A program made the position numbers and the translations under genes. A stretch of 14,450 nucleotides of DNA, taken from positions 1 to 14,450 of the forward strand of contig CAZECW010000084.1 of assembly GCA_964510585.1 (NCBI GenBank). Direction: 5' to 3'. Below the pieces are notes generated by a model. It saw nothing but the letters and a program-made list of their open reading frames with translations. It was not told the DNA's origin and made no database searches. The stretch comes from an uncultured archaeon (lineage in GTDB: Archaea; Asgardarchaeota; Jordiarchaeia; Jordiarchaeales; Jordiarchaeaceae). Of the stretch, positions 7,171 through 14,450 are shown one piece after another (within the stretch, counting starts at the first letter, position 1; the number at the start of each line of letters is the position of its first letter).

Positions 7171-7974
7171 GTGTTGATTATCACAATTAAGATTGGAGGA
7201 TCATTGGCAGATAGGGAAACAGGGAGCCTGGTGGAAGACGTGAACAAGCTAATAAAGGAACACAAATTAGTAATTGTTCATGGGGGAGGACCCCAGATTA
7301 ATGAAATTTCCAAGAAACTGGGGAAGGAGCCGACAATTGTGAAGTCGCCTAGCGGTTTTAAAAGTAGATTCACAGACAAAGAAACCATGGATATAACAAT
7401 CATGGCCATGGCCGGCAAAGTGAACAAAAACATAGTTGCCCTCCTACGTAAAAACCAAGTTCCCGCAATAGGAATAACTGGGCTAGATGGAAGAACGATA
7501 GTCGCCGAAAGAAAAGACAAGATAGTTGCCATTGAGAATGGAAAAAAAAGAGTACTGAGAGGGGATTACAGCGGCAAAATCAGGGAAGTAAATGGAGCGC
7601 TCCTCAAATTAATTATGGAAAACGGGTATCTTCCAGTAGTTGCACCTATTGGAATCAGTCTAGATAACGAGCCGGTAAATCTTGATGGGGATAGAGCCGC
7701 GGCGCAAATCGCAAAGGCAGTAAATGCGGATGTTTTCGTCTCACTCACAGATGTTCCAGGATTAATTATTGATGGTGAGTTGGTCAGAAATCTTAACAGG
7801 CAAGAAGCTGAGGAAGTTCTGAAAAAAGTGGAGGGTGGAATGCGGAAGAAGATTTTTGCAGCCCTCGAAGCGCTTGATTTAGGTATAAAAATGGTAATTA
7901 TTTGTTCGGGCCTTGAAAAAAATCCTGTATCTTCGGCGCTTGAACTTAAAGTGGGGACTGTAATAAAATGGTAG
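7171..7974 (+). CDS. lysZ: [LysW]-aminoadipate/[LysW]-glutamate kinase
   Basis: IKIGGS, VHGGG, SPSGFKSRFTD, NLDGDRAA, TDVPG, GGMRKK. AGGAG at 7159-7163 favours GTG 7171 or TTG 7174 over ATG 7153. Confidence 0.93.
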   Translation: MLIITIKIGGSLADRETGSLVEDVNKLIKEHKLVIVHGGGPQINEISKKLGKEPTIVKSPSGFKSRFTDKETMDITIMAMAGKVNKNIVALLRKNQVPAIGITGLDGRTIVAERKDKIVAIENGKKRVLRGDYSGKIREVNGALLKLIMENGYLPVVAPIGISLDNEPVNLDGDRAAAQIAKAVNADVFVSLTDVPGLIIDGELVRNLNRQEAEEVLKKVEGGMRKKIFAALEALDLGIKMVIICSGLEKNPVSSALELKVGTVIKW

Positions 7975-9059
7975 ACCCCATAGAATACCTTTTGGAGATG
8001 CTGGAAATTCCTAGCGTCTCTGGAAAGGAGCACAGGTTTTCTGTTTTTTTGATGGAGAGCCTCAAAAATATGGGCTACGAAGTTAAACAGGACAGTGTGG
8101 GAAACGTGCTTGGTAAAATAGGCGAAGGAAAACCCACACTTCTCTTTTCTTCTCACATTGACACTGTTCCAGGAGAGATTCCAGTTAGGGAGGAAAACGG
8201 GAGAATTTATGGCAGAGGGGCTGTTGATGCTAAAGCTTCCGTGGCCTCTATGATACTTGCAGGCTCCATAGTTCCAGATCTGAATTTGGATGGTACACTA
8301 GTATTTGCAGGTGTTGTGGAGGAGGAATCCAGCTTGAGGGGAATCCAGAGTTTATTGGAGGGAGACCTTAAAGCTGATTATGCAATATTTGGTGAGCCGA
8401 CTAAAAATGATAGAATATGTTTGGCATCTAAGGGTAGACTACTATTCAAAATAAATTTGAAAACTAGAGGCGGACATGTAGCCTGCTCTTGGGTTTATAA
8501 AAACTCTATAGAGCTTGCATATGACCTTTGGAAAAAAATCAAGGAGAGTGTGGAAACTAAAGAAAAGTCACCCTTCTTCTCCACGATTCCTAATCTTACA
8601 CAAATAGTGGGTGGCGTAGCCCCTAACGTTATTCCCAGCGAGTGCCAATTATTTATAGATGTCCGTTTCCCTTACCTCGTTAAATCCGCGAAGCTTTTGG
8701 GAACAGTTGAAAAAATCTTTAAAGAATTTAGAGAAATAAACGGGGTTCAAATAAGTTATGATGTTTTGAGCCAAATAGAAGGATTTAGAGCGAATAAGGA
8801 CTCCACGCCAGTGAAGGAATTAGCCAAAGCAATTATAGATGTTAAACACAGAGAGCCACGTTACATAAGAAAAACAGGCACCTGCTTCATGAATCTAATT
8901 GGGCGATGGTACAACATACCAACAGTAAGCTACGGGCCAGGAGACCCAGCACTGGAACACACAGACGAGGAGAACATAGAAAAGGGAGAATTCTTGGAAT
9001 CAATAGAAATCCTTGAAAAAACAATTAGAAACGTTTTTTGCCAAAAAAGAGAGTCCTAG
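7968..9059 (+). CDS. lysK: M20-family [LysW]-lysine/[LysW]-ornithine hydrolase (LysK/ArgE-like)
   Basis: SHIDTVPG, GRGAVDAK, VEEE, GEP, YGPGD..LEHT..E metallopeptidase motifs; overlaps the lysZ stop by 7 nt. Confidence 0.92.
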   Translation: MVDPIEYLLEMLEIPSVSGKEHRFSVFLMESLKNMGYEVKQDSVGNVLGKIGEGKPTLLFSSHIDTVPGEIPVREENGRIYGRGAVDAKASVASMILAGSIVPDLNLDGTLVFAGVVEEESSLRGIQSLLEGDLKADYAIFGEPTKNDRICLASKGRLLFKINLKTRGGHVACSWVYKNSIELAYDLWKKIKESVETKEKSPFFSTIPNLTQIVGGVAPNVIPSECQLFIDVRFPYLVKSAKLLGTVEKIFKEFREINGVQISYDVLSQIEGFRANKDSTPVKELAKAIIDVKHREPRYIRKTGTCFMNLIGRWYNIPTVSYGPGDPALEHTDEENIEKGEFLESIEILEKTIRNVFCQKRES

Positions 9060-9523
9060 ATGCAAACATCGACCACTCTGCCCTTTGTAACTTTAATTAA
9101 AACTTTTGGGTCTATCACCAGAAGTGATTCATCTGACCCGCCACTAGCATAGACTTTTTCATGTTTTAGAAGCCCCTGATCAATAAAAGTCGTTAACTCA
9201 CTCAGATGACCAAAGGGAGGGACGCCCCCCATCGAGAATCCAGTAACTTCCTCAATAAATTCCGCGTCAGCAAAACTAACCTTTTTTGAAGAAGTTATCT
9301 CCGCTAACTTTTTTCTGTCAACCTTCTTGTCACCGGGTGCTATAACTAGAAATGGCTTCTTGTTCTCATTTACTAGCAGTAGAGACTTTGCAATCTGAGA
9401 TGTGCTTATGCCTAGGGCTACTGCTGCTTGTTCTGAGGTAGCAGTTTTTACACTTAGTTCAATTATTTCGGCAGATATATTTTGATGTTCCAAAAATTTT
9501 TTGATCCTCTCAACCCCTGACAT
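9056..9523 (-). CDS. ybaK: YbaK/EbsC-family aminoacyl-tRNA deacylase (trans-editing domain)
   Basis: TATSEQAA..LG....QIAKSLL, GDKKVD, TGFSMGGVPPFG, VYASGG; 155 aa. Confidence 0.9.
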   Translation of the reverse strand: MSGVERIKKFLEHQNISAEIIELSVKTATSEQAAVALGISTSQIAKSLLLVNENKKPFLVIAPGDKKVDRKKLAEITSSKKVSFADAEFIEEVTGFSMGGVPPFGHLSELTTFIDQGLLKHEKVYASGGSDESLLVIDPKVLIKVTKGRVVDVCI

Positions 9524-9534
9524 AGGAATCAGCT

Positions 9535-10524
9535 CTACATCACAAGTGAAAGGATAGCCTTCTGAACGTGCAGCCTGTTTTCAGCTTCATCGTAAATTAC
9601 GGAGTGCGGCCCGTCAACCACACCGTCTGTGGCCTCAACATTTCTCCTTATGGGCAGACAGTGCATGAAAATCGAATTTTTATTGGTAAGTTCCATCAAG
9701 TCTTCGTTGCAAATCCAATTTCGAAAATTCACCCTGAGTTCTTTTTCTTCCTCGGGCTTCCCATAGTACTTGAGGGATCCCCATGCTTTCACGTACACAA
9801 TATCAGCGTCGCGATACGCTTCCTCCATGTTATGTGAAACCTCCAAATTGCAGCCGTTCGCCTCACAATTGCTTCTAGCCCAACTCATTATCTGTTCATC
9901 CAACTCAAAGCCCTCTGGATGCAGTAGGGTAACATCCAAACCGAACCTCGTCGCTATAAGAAGCGCAGAGTTGGGAACACTTACTGGCAAGGGTCTAGGG
10001 TGGTAAGCCCAACTCAAAACAAACTTTTTACCCCTCAGATTCCCCATCTTCTCCTTAATGGTTAGTATGTCAGCTAGAGCTTGGCAAGGATGAAAGAGGT
10101 CGCACTCCATATTAATTACGGGTATGTCTGCCCATCTTGCAAATTCACGTACCACCTCGTTACTCTTCCCATATTGCCAATCTGTGATGTTTGGGAATAT
10201 ACGAATAGAAATAGCATCGCCATACCTTGCCATAACCGAGGCAGTATCCTTTATAGATTCAGAACCCTTGCCAATCCAAGCCTTCTCAGCATCCATATAG
10301 ACCGCGTGGCCGCCTAGCTGAATCATACCAATCTCGAAAGACAGACGGGTGCGCGTGCTGGGATTAAAAAAAAGCATAATAAGTGATTTCCCCTGTAGCG
10401 TCGAAGAGAATTTCTTAGGGTTTTTTTTCATATCACTTGCGAGCTTTAATACAGACTCCAAATCCTCGAAGCTCCATTCCTGAGTGGTTATCAGATCCTT
10501 ACCCTTTAAATCGCTCTGAGACAT
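9535..10524 (-). CDS. argF': N-acyl-ornithine-type carbamoyltransferase (AOTCase/SOTCase, ArgF' family)
   Basis: FFNPSTRTR, HPCQ, WAYHPRPLP, VKAWG, HCLPIRRNV, EAENRLHVQKA; no SMG motif of canonical OTC. ATG 10524 (AGAGGA upstream) is preferred over 10557. Confidence 0.9.
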   Translation of the reverse strand: MSQSDLKGKDLITTQEWSFEDLESVLKLASDMKKNPKKFSSTLQGKSLIMLFFNPSTRTRLSFEIGMIQLGGHAVYMDAEKAWIGKGSESIKDTASVMARYGDAISIRIFPNITDWQYGKSNEVVREFARWADIPVINMECDLFHPCQALADILTIKEKMGNLRGKKFVLSWAYHPRPLPVSVPNSALLIATRFGLDVTLLHPEGFELDEQIMSWARSNCEANGCNLEVSHNMEEAYRDADIVYVKAWGSLKYYGKPEEEKELRVNFRNWICNEDLMELTNKNSIFMHCLPIRRNVEATDGVVDGPHSVIYDEAENRLHVQKAILSLVM

Positions 10525-10716
10525 AAGACATCCTCTAGATTTGGTATCTCTTAACATTCTCTCTCATGGTTTAAAAAAATTTTCAAACTAGCAAGGTTAA
10601 AATATTAATTCAAATAAAAAATAGAGACGCGAATTCTCATTTAGAGATATTTCGCAGACATCAAATTATTGGGCTAAAAAGTTAATCAAGACTCAAAGAA
10701 AAATTTTTCACTTATC

Positions 10717-11055
10717 TTAGCAAAGCCCCGCTTCTTCCAATCTTTTCAATACCTGTTCGTACTTTTCCTTTCTGTTTATTATGTCGTTAACCATTTCTTC
10801 ATTCATGTGTGTCCCTGGACGTACCTTAACTTCAGCGTCTATCCCTAAAGCATCCTTCAGTTTCTTCTTAATCAGAACACCTATAATTGATCCCATGGGG
10901 CACATTGCTGAGGTGGGCTTGAACGTTACTTTTATCTTTTTATCAGATTCGATGGTGATGTCGTCTTCATTAACCATGTCTAGTTCCAGTATTGACATTG
11001 GCATTTCGGGGTCCTGTACTTCTTTCAAAACTTCAAGTATTTGTTGCTTGTCCAA
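10717..11055 (-). CDS. DUF59 / PaaD-SufT-like metal-sulfur cluster assembly protein
   Basis: LKEVQDPEM..SILELDMV and PTSAMCPM match the DPE...T..CP signature; TTG start with AAGGAG RBS at 11065-11070. Confidence 0.88.
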   Translation of the reverse strand: MDKQQILEVLKEVQDPEMPMSILELDMVNEDDITIESDKKIKVTFKPTSAMCPMGSIIGVLIKKKLKDALGIDAEVKVRPGTHMNEEMVNDIINRKEKYEQVLKRLEEAGLC

Positions 11056-11104
11056 TTATCTATTCTCCTTTATTCTCTTTTCGCGTGTCTATAATGGTTT
11101 GTGT

Positions 11105-11112
11105 CTTATAAA
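11105..11112 (-). promoter_or_regulatory. Putative TATA box (TTTATAAG) for the DUF59 gene
   Basis: Located 50 nt upstream of the TTG start, in the 153-bp larC-DUF59 gap. Confidence 0.35.
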
Positions 11113-11208
11113 GGTTTTTGGCTTATTTGAGAAATCTTCAATAAAAATTTAAGTCCCCGGCATCACTCAACAATATACCAGAGAATCTTGTTGGGGATTT
11201 ATTCCTTA

Positions 11209-12450
11209 CTAGTATTTTTTTAAAACTTTTGCAATTATGTGTCTTAGGGGTAAATTTGTTTCTTTTGCTATTTTTTTAAGGTCTTCAAACTCGGGTTTCA
11301 TTCTGATAATTTTGCCACTTGTGTCTCTGGCGATTTTGAGCCTAAACTCGTAAGATTTACCCTCAATGGTAATACGGGCAGTATCAATTTCACGTTTCAA
11401 AACTAGCCGGGGAGTGGGAGTTACGCGAACACCCAAGCTTCCGGTTTCGTCTATTAATATTCTAGAAAGTTTGGGGGCATCATCCAAGCTTGATATTACT
11501 TTGATGATTTGACCAGGGCGACCTTTTTTTGTAACAACGGGTATTACGCTGACATCCTTAGCTCCTTTTTCGAACAGGACATCCACAGTTTGACTAATTA
11601 TTTCTCCGGAAACATCGTCGACATTAGTCTCCAAAACCGCAACCATTTCCTCAACAAGGTTATAGGATCTCCCATTTGGAGCATCTCTATCACCGATAAT
11701 AATTCTTAAAATATTTGGTAGGTTGGGAAAATTTTTCATTCCTGCACCATACCCTACCCTGATGTTTCGGACGCTGGGAAGAAAACTAGTAAACTTGACA
11801 CCCAAGCTTGCAATAATTGAGGCCCCAGTGGGTGTGGTTAACTCAAAATCAAAGGGTCCCCCTCTTATTTGGAAGTTATTGCTTTTAGCGATTTCTAATA
11901 CAGCAGGGGGTGGAACGGACATAGTTCCATGTACCGATATCACTTGTCCGCCTCCCACAGCAATGGGCGAACAAAGCCATTGGCAATCCTTTATTAAGCC
12001 CAGATCTTCGCATGCCACAGCTGAGCCTATAGCGTCTGCTAGAGTATCAGCAGAACCTATTTCGTGTAAATGGAGGTGATCCGGGTGCTCCCCATGAACT
12101 CTAGACTCAGCTTCCACAATAGATCTCACAACCTTTATTGCGAATTCTTTGGCTTCTTGAGATATGGGTAGCTCTTTTGTGCAGGCGATTGTGGCATCTA
12201 GAACTTCTTTTCCACTTCTGGGTTCATCCACTTCGTTGGGCAATATTTGAACCTGGGTGGCTCTTAACTCACACCTCGTAGTTTTACTAATGTTTACTTC
12301 TATCCCGCTGCAACCCCTGAGAAATTTGGGAATAAGTTTTATTGCGCTAACCACCCTATCCTGGTTTGCACCTAAATCTAGTAATGCCCCTAAGAACATA
12401 TCACCAGAGATCCCAGCCACTTGACAGTCAATAAACGCAACTCTGCTCAT
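11209..12450 (-). CDS. larC: Nickel-pincer nucleotide cofactor nickel insertase LarC (single unframeshifted ORF)
   Basis: AGISGDMFLGAL, HLHEIGSAD, HG...VPPPA, ELTTPTGA, GYGAG, ETNVDD, KKGRPG, ETGSLGVR, KPEFED. Confidence 0.95.
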   Translation of the reverse strand: MSRVAFIDCQVAGISGDMFLGALLDLGANQDRVVSAIKLIPKFLRGCSGIEVNISKTTRCELRATQVQILPNEVDEPRSGKEVLDATIACTKELPISQEAKEFAIKVVRSIVEAESRVHGEHPDHLHLHEIGSADTLADAIGSAVACEDLGLIKDCQWLCSPIAVGGGQVISVHGTMSVPPPAVLEIAKSNNFQIRGGPFDFELTTPTGASIIASLGVKFTSFLPSVRNIRVGYGAGMKNFPNLPNILRIIIGDRDAPNGRSYNLVEEMVAVLETNVDDVSGEIISQTVDVLFEKGAKDVSVIPVVTKKGRPGQIIKVISSLDDAPKLSRILIDETGSLGVRVTPTPRLVLKREIDTARITIEGKSYEFRLKIARDTSGKIIRMKPEFEDLKKIAKETNLPLRHIIAKVLKKY

Positions 12451-13259
12451 TTCTTCTTACCTTCATCAGTTCTTATTTTTGCCCTATATCTCGCCACTCT
12501 ATTTGCTATCAGAGCCGCCGTAGCTCCTGCACCGAACCCATTGTCAATATTAACTACGCTGAGACCCGCTACACAGGATTGCAGCATTGTAATAAGCGCG
12601 CCTAGCCCCTTTCCTCCAAATCCGTAACCAGTGCTTGCGGGCACTCCGATGACTGGAATATTGACTAAACTAGCCACTATTGAGGGAAGTGTTCCCTCCA
12701 TACCTGCAACTACAATTAGCGAGTCAACTTCCGCCTCCATCATTTTGCTCAAAGGGGGAAATACCCTGTGTAGTCCCGCGATGCCCACATCATATGAGGT
12801 TAGAACTTCGCATCCCATAGACTCCGCTATAACTTTTGCTTCGTCTGCCACAGGAATATCTGAAGTGCCTGCAGTAATAATTCCCACTTTTCCACCTGTC
12901 TTCTCGAAAGACTCTCCTTTACGGCTTACTCTAATAGTTCCAGATTTTTCAAAGATTTCTAATTTAAAATTCTCAGACAAATCCTTTTTTAGAAGAGAAA
13001 TCTGTTCCTCGTTCGCTCTAGAGATTAAAACATATGATTTTTGTGAGAGTACATTATTAATGATTTTTACTAGATCTTCTGGACTCTTCCCGCTGGCAAA
13101 AATAACTTCGGGAACACCCTTCCGCAGTTCCCTTCTCAAATCAAACTTCACAAAATCGTCGATCTCTAGAATGCAGCTACTTCTCAGTAAATTCTCTGCC
13201 TCCTCAATAGAAATTTTCCCAGCAGAAAACTTCTCCAAGATACTTCTTATTTGACTCAT
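12447..13259 (-). CDS. larB: NPN cofactor biosynthesis carboxylase/hydrolase LarB
   Basis: TAGTSDIPVA.EA, DVGIAGLHR, AGMEG, PASTGYG, MLQSC, VVNIDNGFGAG; stop overlaps the larC start by 4 nt. ATG 13259 is preferred on RBS spacing. Confidence 0.95.
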   Translation of the reverse strand: MSQIRSILEKFSAGKISIEEAENLLRSSCILEIDDFVKFDLRRELRKGVPEVIFASGKSPEDLVKIINNVLSQKSYVLISRANEEQISLLKKDLSENFKLEIFEKSGTIRVSRKGESFEKTGGKVGIITAGTSDIPVADEAKVIAESMGCEVLTSYDVGIAGLHRVFPPLSKMMEAEVDSLIVVAGMEGTLPSIVASLVNIPVIGVPASTGYGFGGKGLGALITMLQSCVAGLSVVNIDNGFGAGATAALIANRVARYRAKIRTDEGKKK

Positions 13260-13295
13260 CCAAATCAATCCTTATCTCGCCATTGTTGTAACCAT

Positions 13296-14138
13296 TTAAG
13301 AAGTGGAAATTATAGTCTTCCCTTTTAAAGCTTCGTCCATGGCCCCAGTCCTATATCCTTCTGCGTCTAAGGTGCAATACTTAAAACCTAACTCCTTAAG
13401 TTTTGCCACTATCTTGTCTAAAACCTCTGTTGAGAATAGTTTTTCCAGCTCCTCCTTTCCAACTTCGATTCTTGCCAAATCACCATGACTTCTAACCCTT
13501 AATACCTTTACACCAACCAGCTGTTTTATGTATCTTTCAGATTCAGCTATTCTACGGAGTTTTTCGTAGGTGATGACTTCACCATAGGGGATTCTTGTGG
13601 CCAAACAAGCCATGGAGGGCTGGTTAGAAACAGTTAAACCTCTTTTACGGGCAATAATTCTTATTTCCTCCTTGGTTATGCCAGCTATTATGTAGGGAGA
13701 CAGTATTCCTTCCTCATATAGGGCCAAAATCCCTGGACGGTGGGCAAACATATCTGAGGCATTACTTCCCTCAACAACTAATTCGTATCCTTTTTCTTCG
13801 GCTATTTTTTTCAGATTCTGGAACATTTTCTTTTTGCAATAATAACATCTATTAGCAGGGTTCGCCACAAATTGGGAATCACTCAAACTGTCAAACCAGA
13901 TAACTGTATGCTCTACCTCCAACTCTCTTGCTACCCTCTCTGCATTTTCTTTCTCTTCAGGGGGAATGATTGGAGAGTCTACAGTTATTGCCAAAACCTT
14001 TCTGCATACATCTTTTGCTAGGCTCACCATGACGCTACTGTCAACTCCACCGGAAAAAGCCACCATTACAGTTTTATTCTTAAGGACACTATGCACAGCA
14101 TCTATTTTTGACACTATTTGATCATTCAATTTCTGCAA
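13296..14138 (-). CDS. larE: ATP-dependent sulfur transferase LarE (PP-loop)
   Basis: VAFSGGVDS, RCYYCKK, GSNASD..HRPG, PSMACLATRIPYG, RVRSHG..ARIE, GFKYCTLD..GYRTG. Confidence 0.95.
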   Translation of the reverse strand: MQKLNDQIVSKIDAVHSVLKNKTVMVAFSGGVDSSVMVSLAKDVCRKVLAITVDSPIIPPEEKENAERVARELEVEHTVIWFDSLSDSQFVANPANRCYYCKKKMFQNLKKIAEEKGYELVVEGSNASDMFAHRPGILALYEEGILSPYIIAGITKEEIRIIARKRGLTVSNQPSMACLATRIPYGEVITYEKLRRIAESERYIKQLVGVKVLRVRSHGDLARIEVGKEELEKLFSTEVLDKIVAKLKELGFKYCTLDAEGYRTGAMDEALKGKTIISTS

Positions 14139-14344
14139 CCCTTTTTTACGAAATAATTCTACGACAGCATCTCATTTAATAGCTACACTTTTTGTAATAT
14201 TTAATGATTGTGTGATTGCTCCCTTGTTGCATAATTAACAATATCTCACTTTGCCTGCCCCCTCGAAGGGGGCGTAAAACTTATTTTTCCTTCAGCCCTA
14301 TATTTTTTTCCCCTTTGAGAGAGAGGTTTCGTGAGGTTGTGTGA

Positions 14345-14450
14345 ATGTCGGAAGATAAGCTGATTAGGAGGGGGGAGCTAATCCTGCTAATAGATCAGGA
14401 TGAGGATCCCCAAGAAGAGCTGAAAAAGATGAACCAGGGCAAGGTAGGGC
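14345..14450 (+). mobile_element. 5' start of a probable IS5-family (DDE) transposase, truncated by the window edge
   Basis: Manual translation MSEDKLIRRGELILLIDQDEDPQEELKKMNQGKVG resembles, from memory, the LVRRGE...EEL..MN.GK.G N-terminus of archaeal IS5-family transposases. Only 35 codons are visible; element ends are not defined. Confidence 0.6.

Noticed and set aside
9535-10524. Calling this gene a canonical argF/arcB OTC or pyrB ATCase
   Set aside because: It lacks the OTC SMG motif and ATCase motifs, and carries the HPRPLP and HCLPxRRN motifs of N-acyl-ornithine transcarbamylases.
10599-10612. ARG-box-like sequence (TGAATTAATATTTT on the minus strand) upstream of argF'
   Set aside because: Partial match in very AT-rich DNA, no tandem box, and no argR in the window.
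1325-13488. Many antisense/overlapping ORFs in the track (e.g. 1325..1642, 2043..2330, 3466..3753, 4565..4894, 7566..8156, 10781..11152, 12631..13254)
   Set aside because: Shadow frames of well-supported genes, with no recognisable motifs.
14224-14241. TTGTT-N8-AACAA inverted repeat upstream of larE as a nickel-regulator site
   Set aside because: 5-bp arms in AT-rich DNA are not significant without comparative support.

Overview
Prokaryotic window, almost certainly archaeal: GGAGG/GGTG ribosome-binding sites, TATA-like promoters, frequent TTG/GTG starts and a LysW carrier pathway. An Asgard-type lineage is suspected but cannot be proven here. Left to right: (1) three tandem minus-strand paralogous alpha-helical TPR/SNAP-like genes, including one missing from the ORF track (TTG at 785, running off the left edge into a Pro/Glu/Thr-rich tail); (2) a ~570-bp non-coding spacer with several hairpins; (3) a plus-strand arginine cluster argG-argH-lysW-argX(lysX)-lysZ-lysK, lacking lysY and lysJ; (4) convergent with it, an N-acyl-ornithine-type transcarbamylase (ArgF'-like, not a canonical OTC) followed by a YbaK-family gene; (5) a DUF59 Fe-S assembly gene and larE-larB-larC with no larA in the window; (6) the probable start of an IS5-like transposase at the right edge. 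Main hypothesis: the ArgF'-type enzyme has a shortened 80s loop and sits beside a LysW-carrier pathway, so carbamoylation may occur on LysW-bound ornithine, a route I do not know to be described. Second highlight: an apparently full-length alpha/gamma-SNAP-like protein in a paralog array. All comparisons to reference proteins are from memory and need confirming by alignment.
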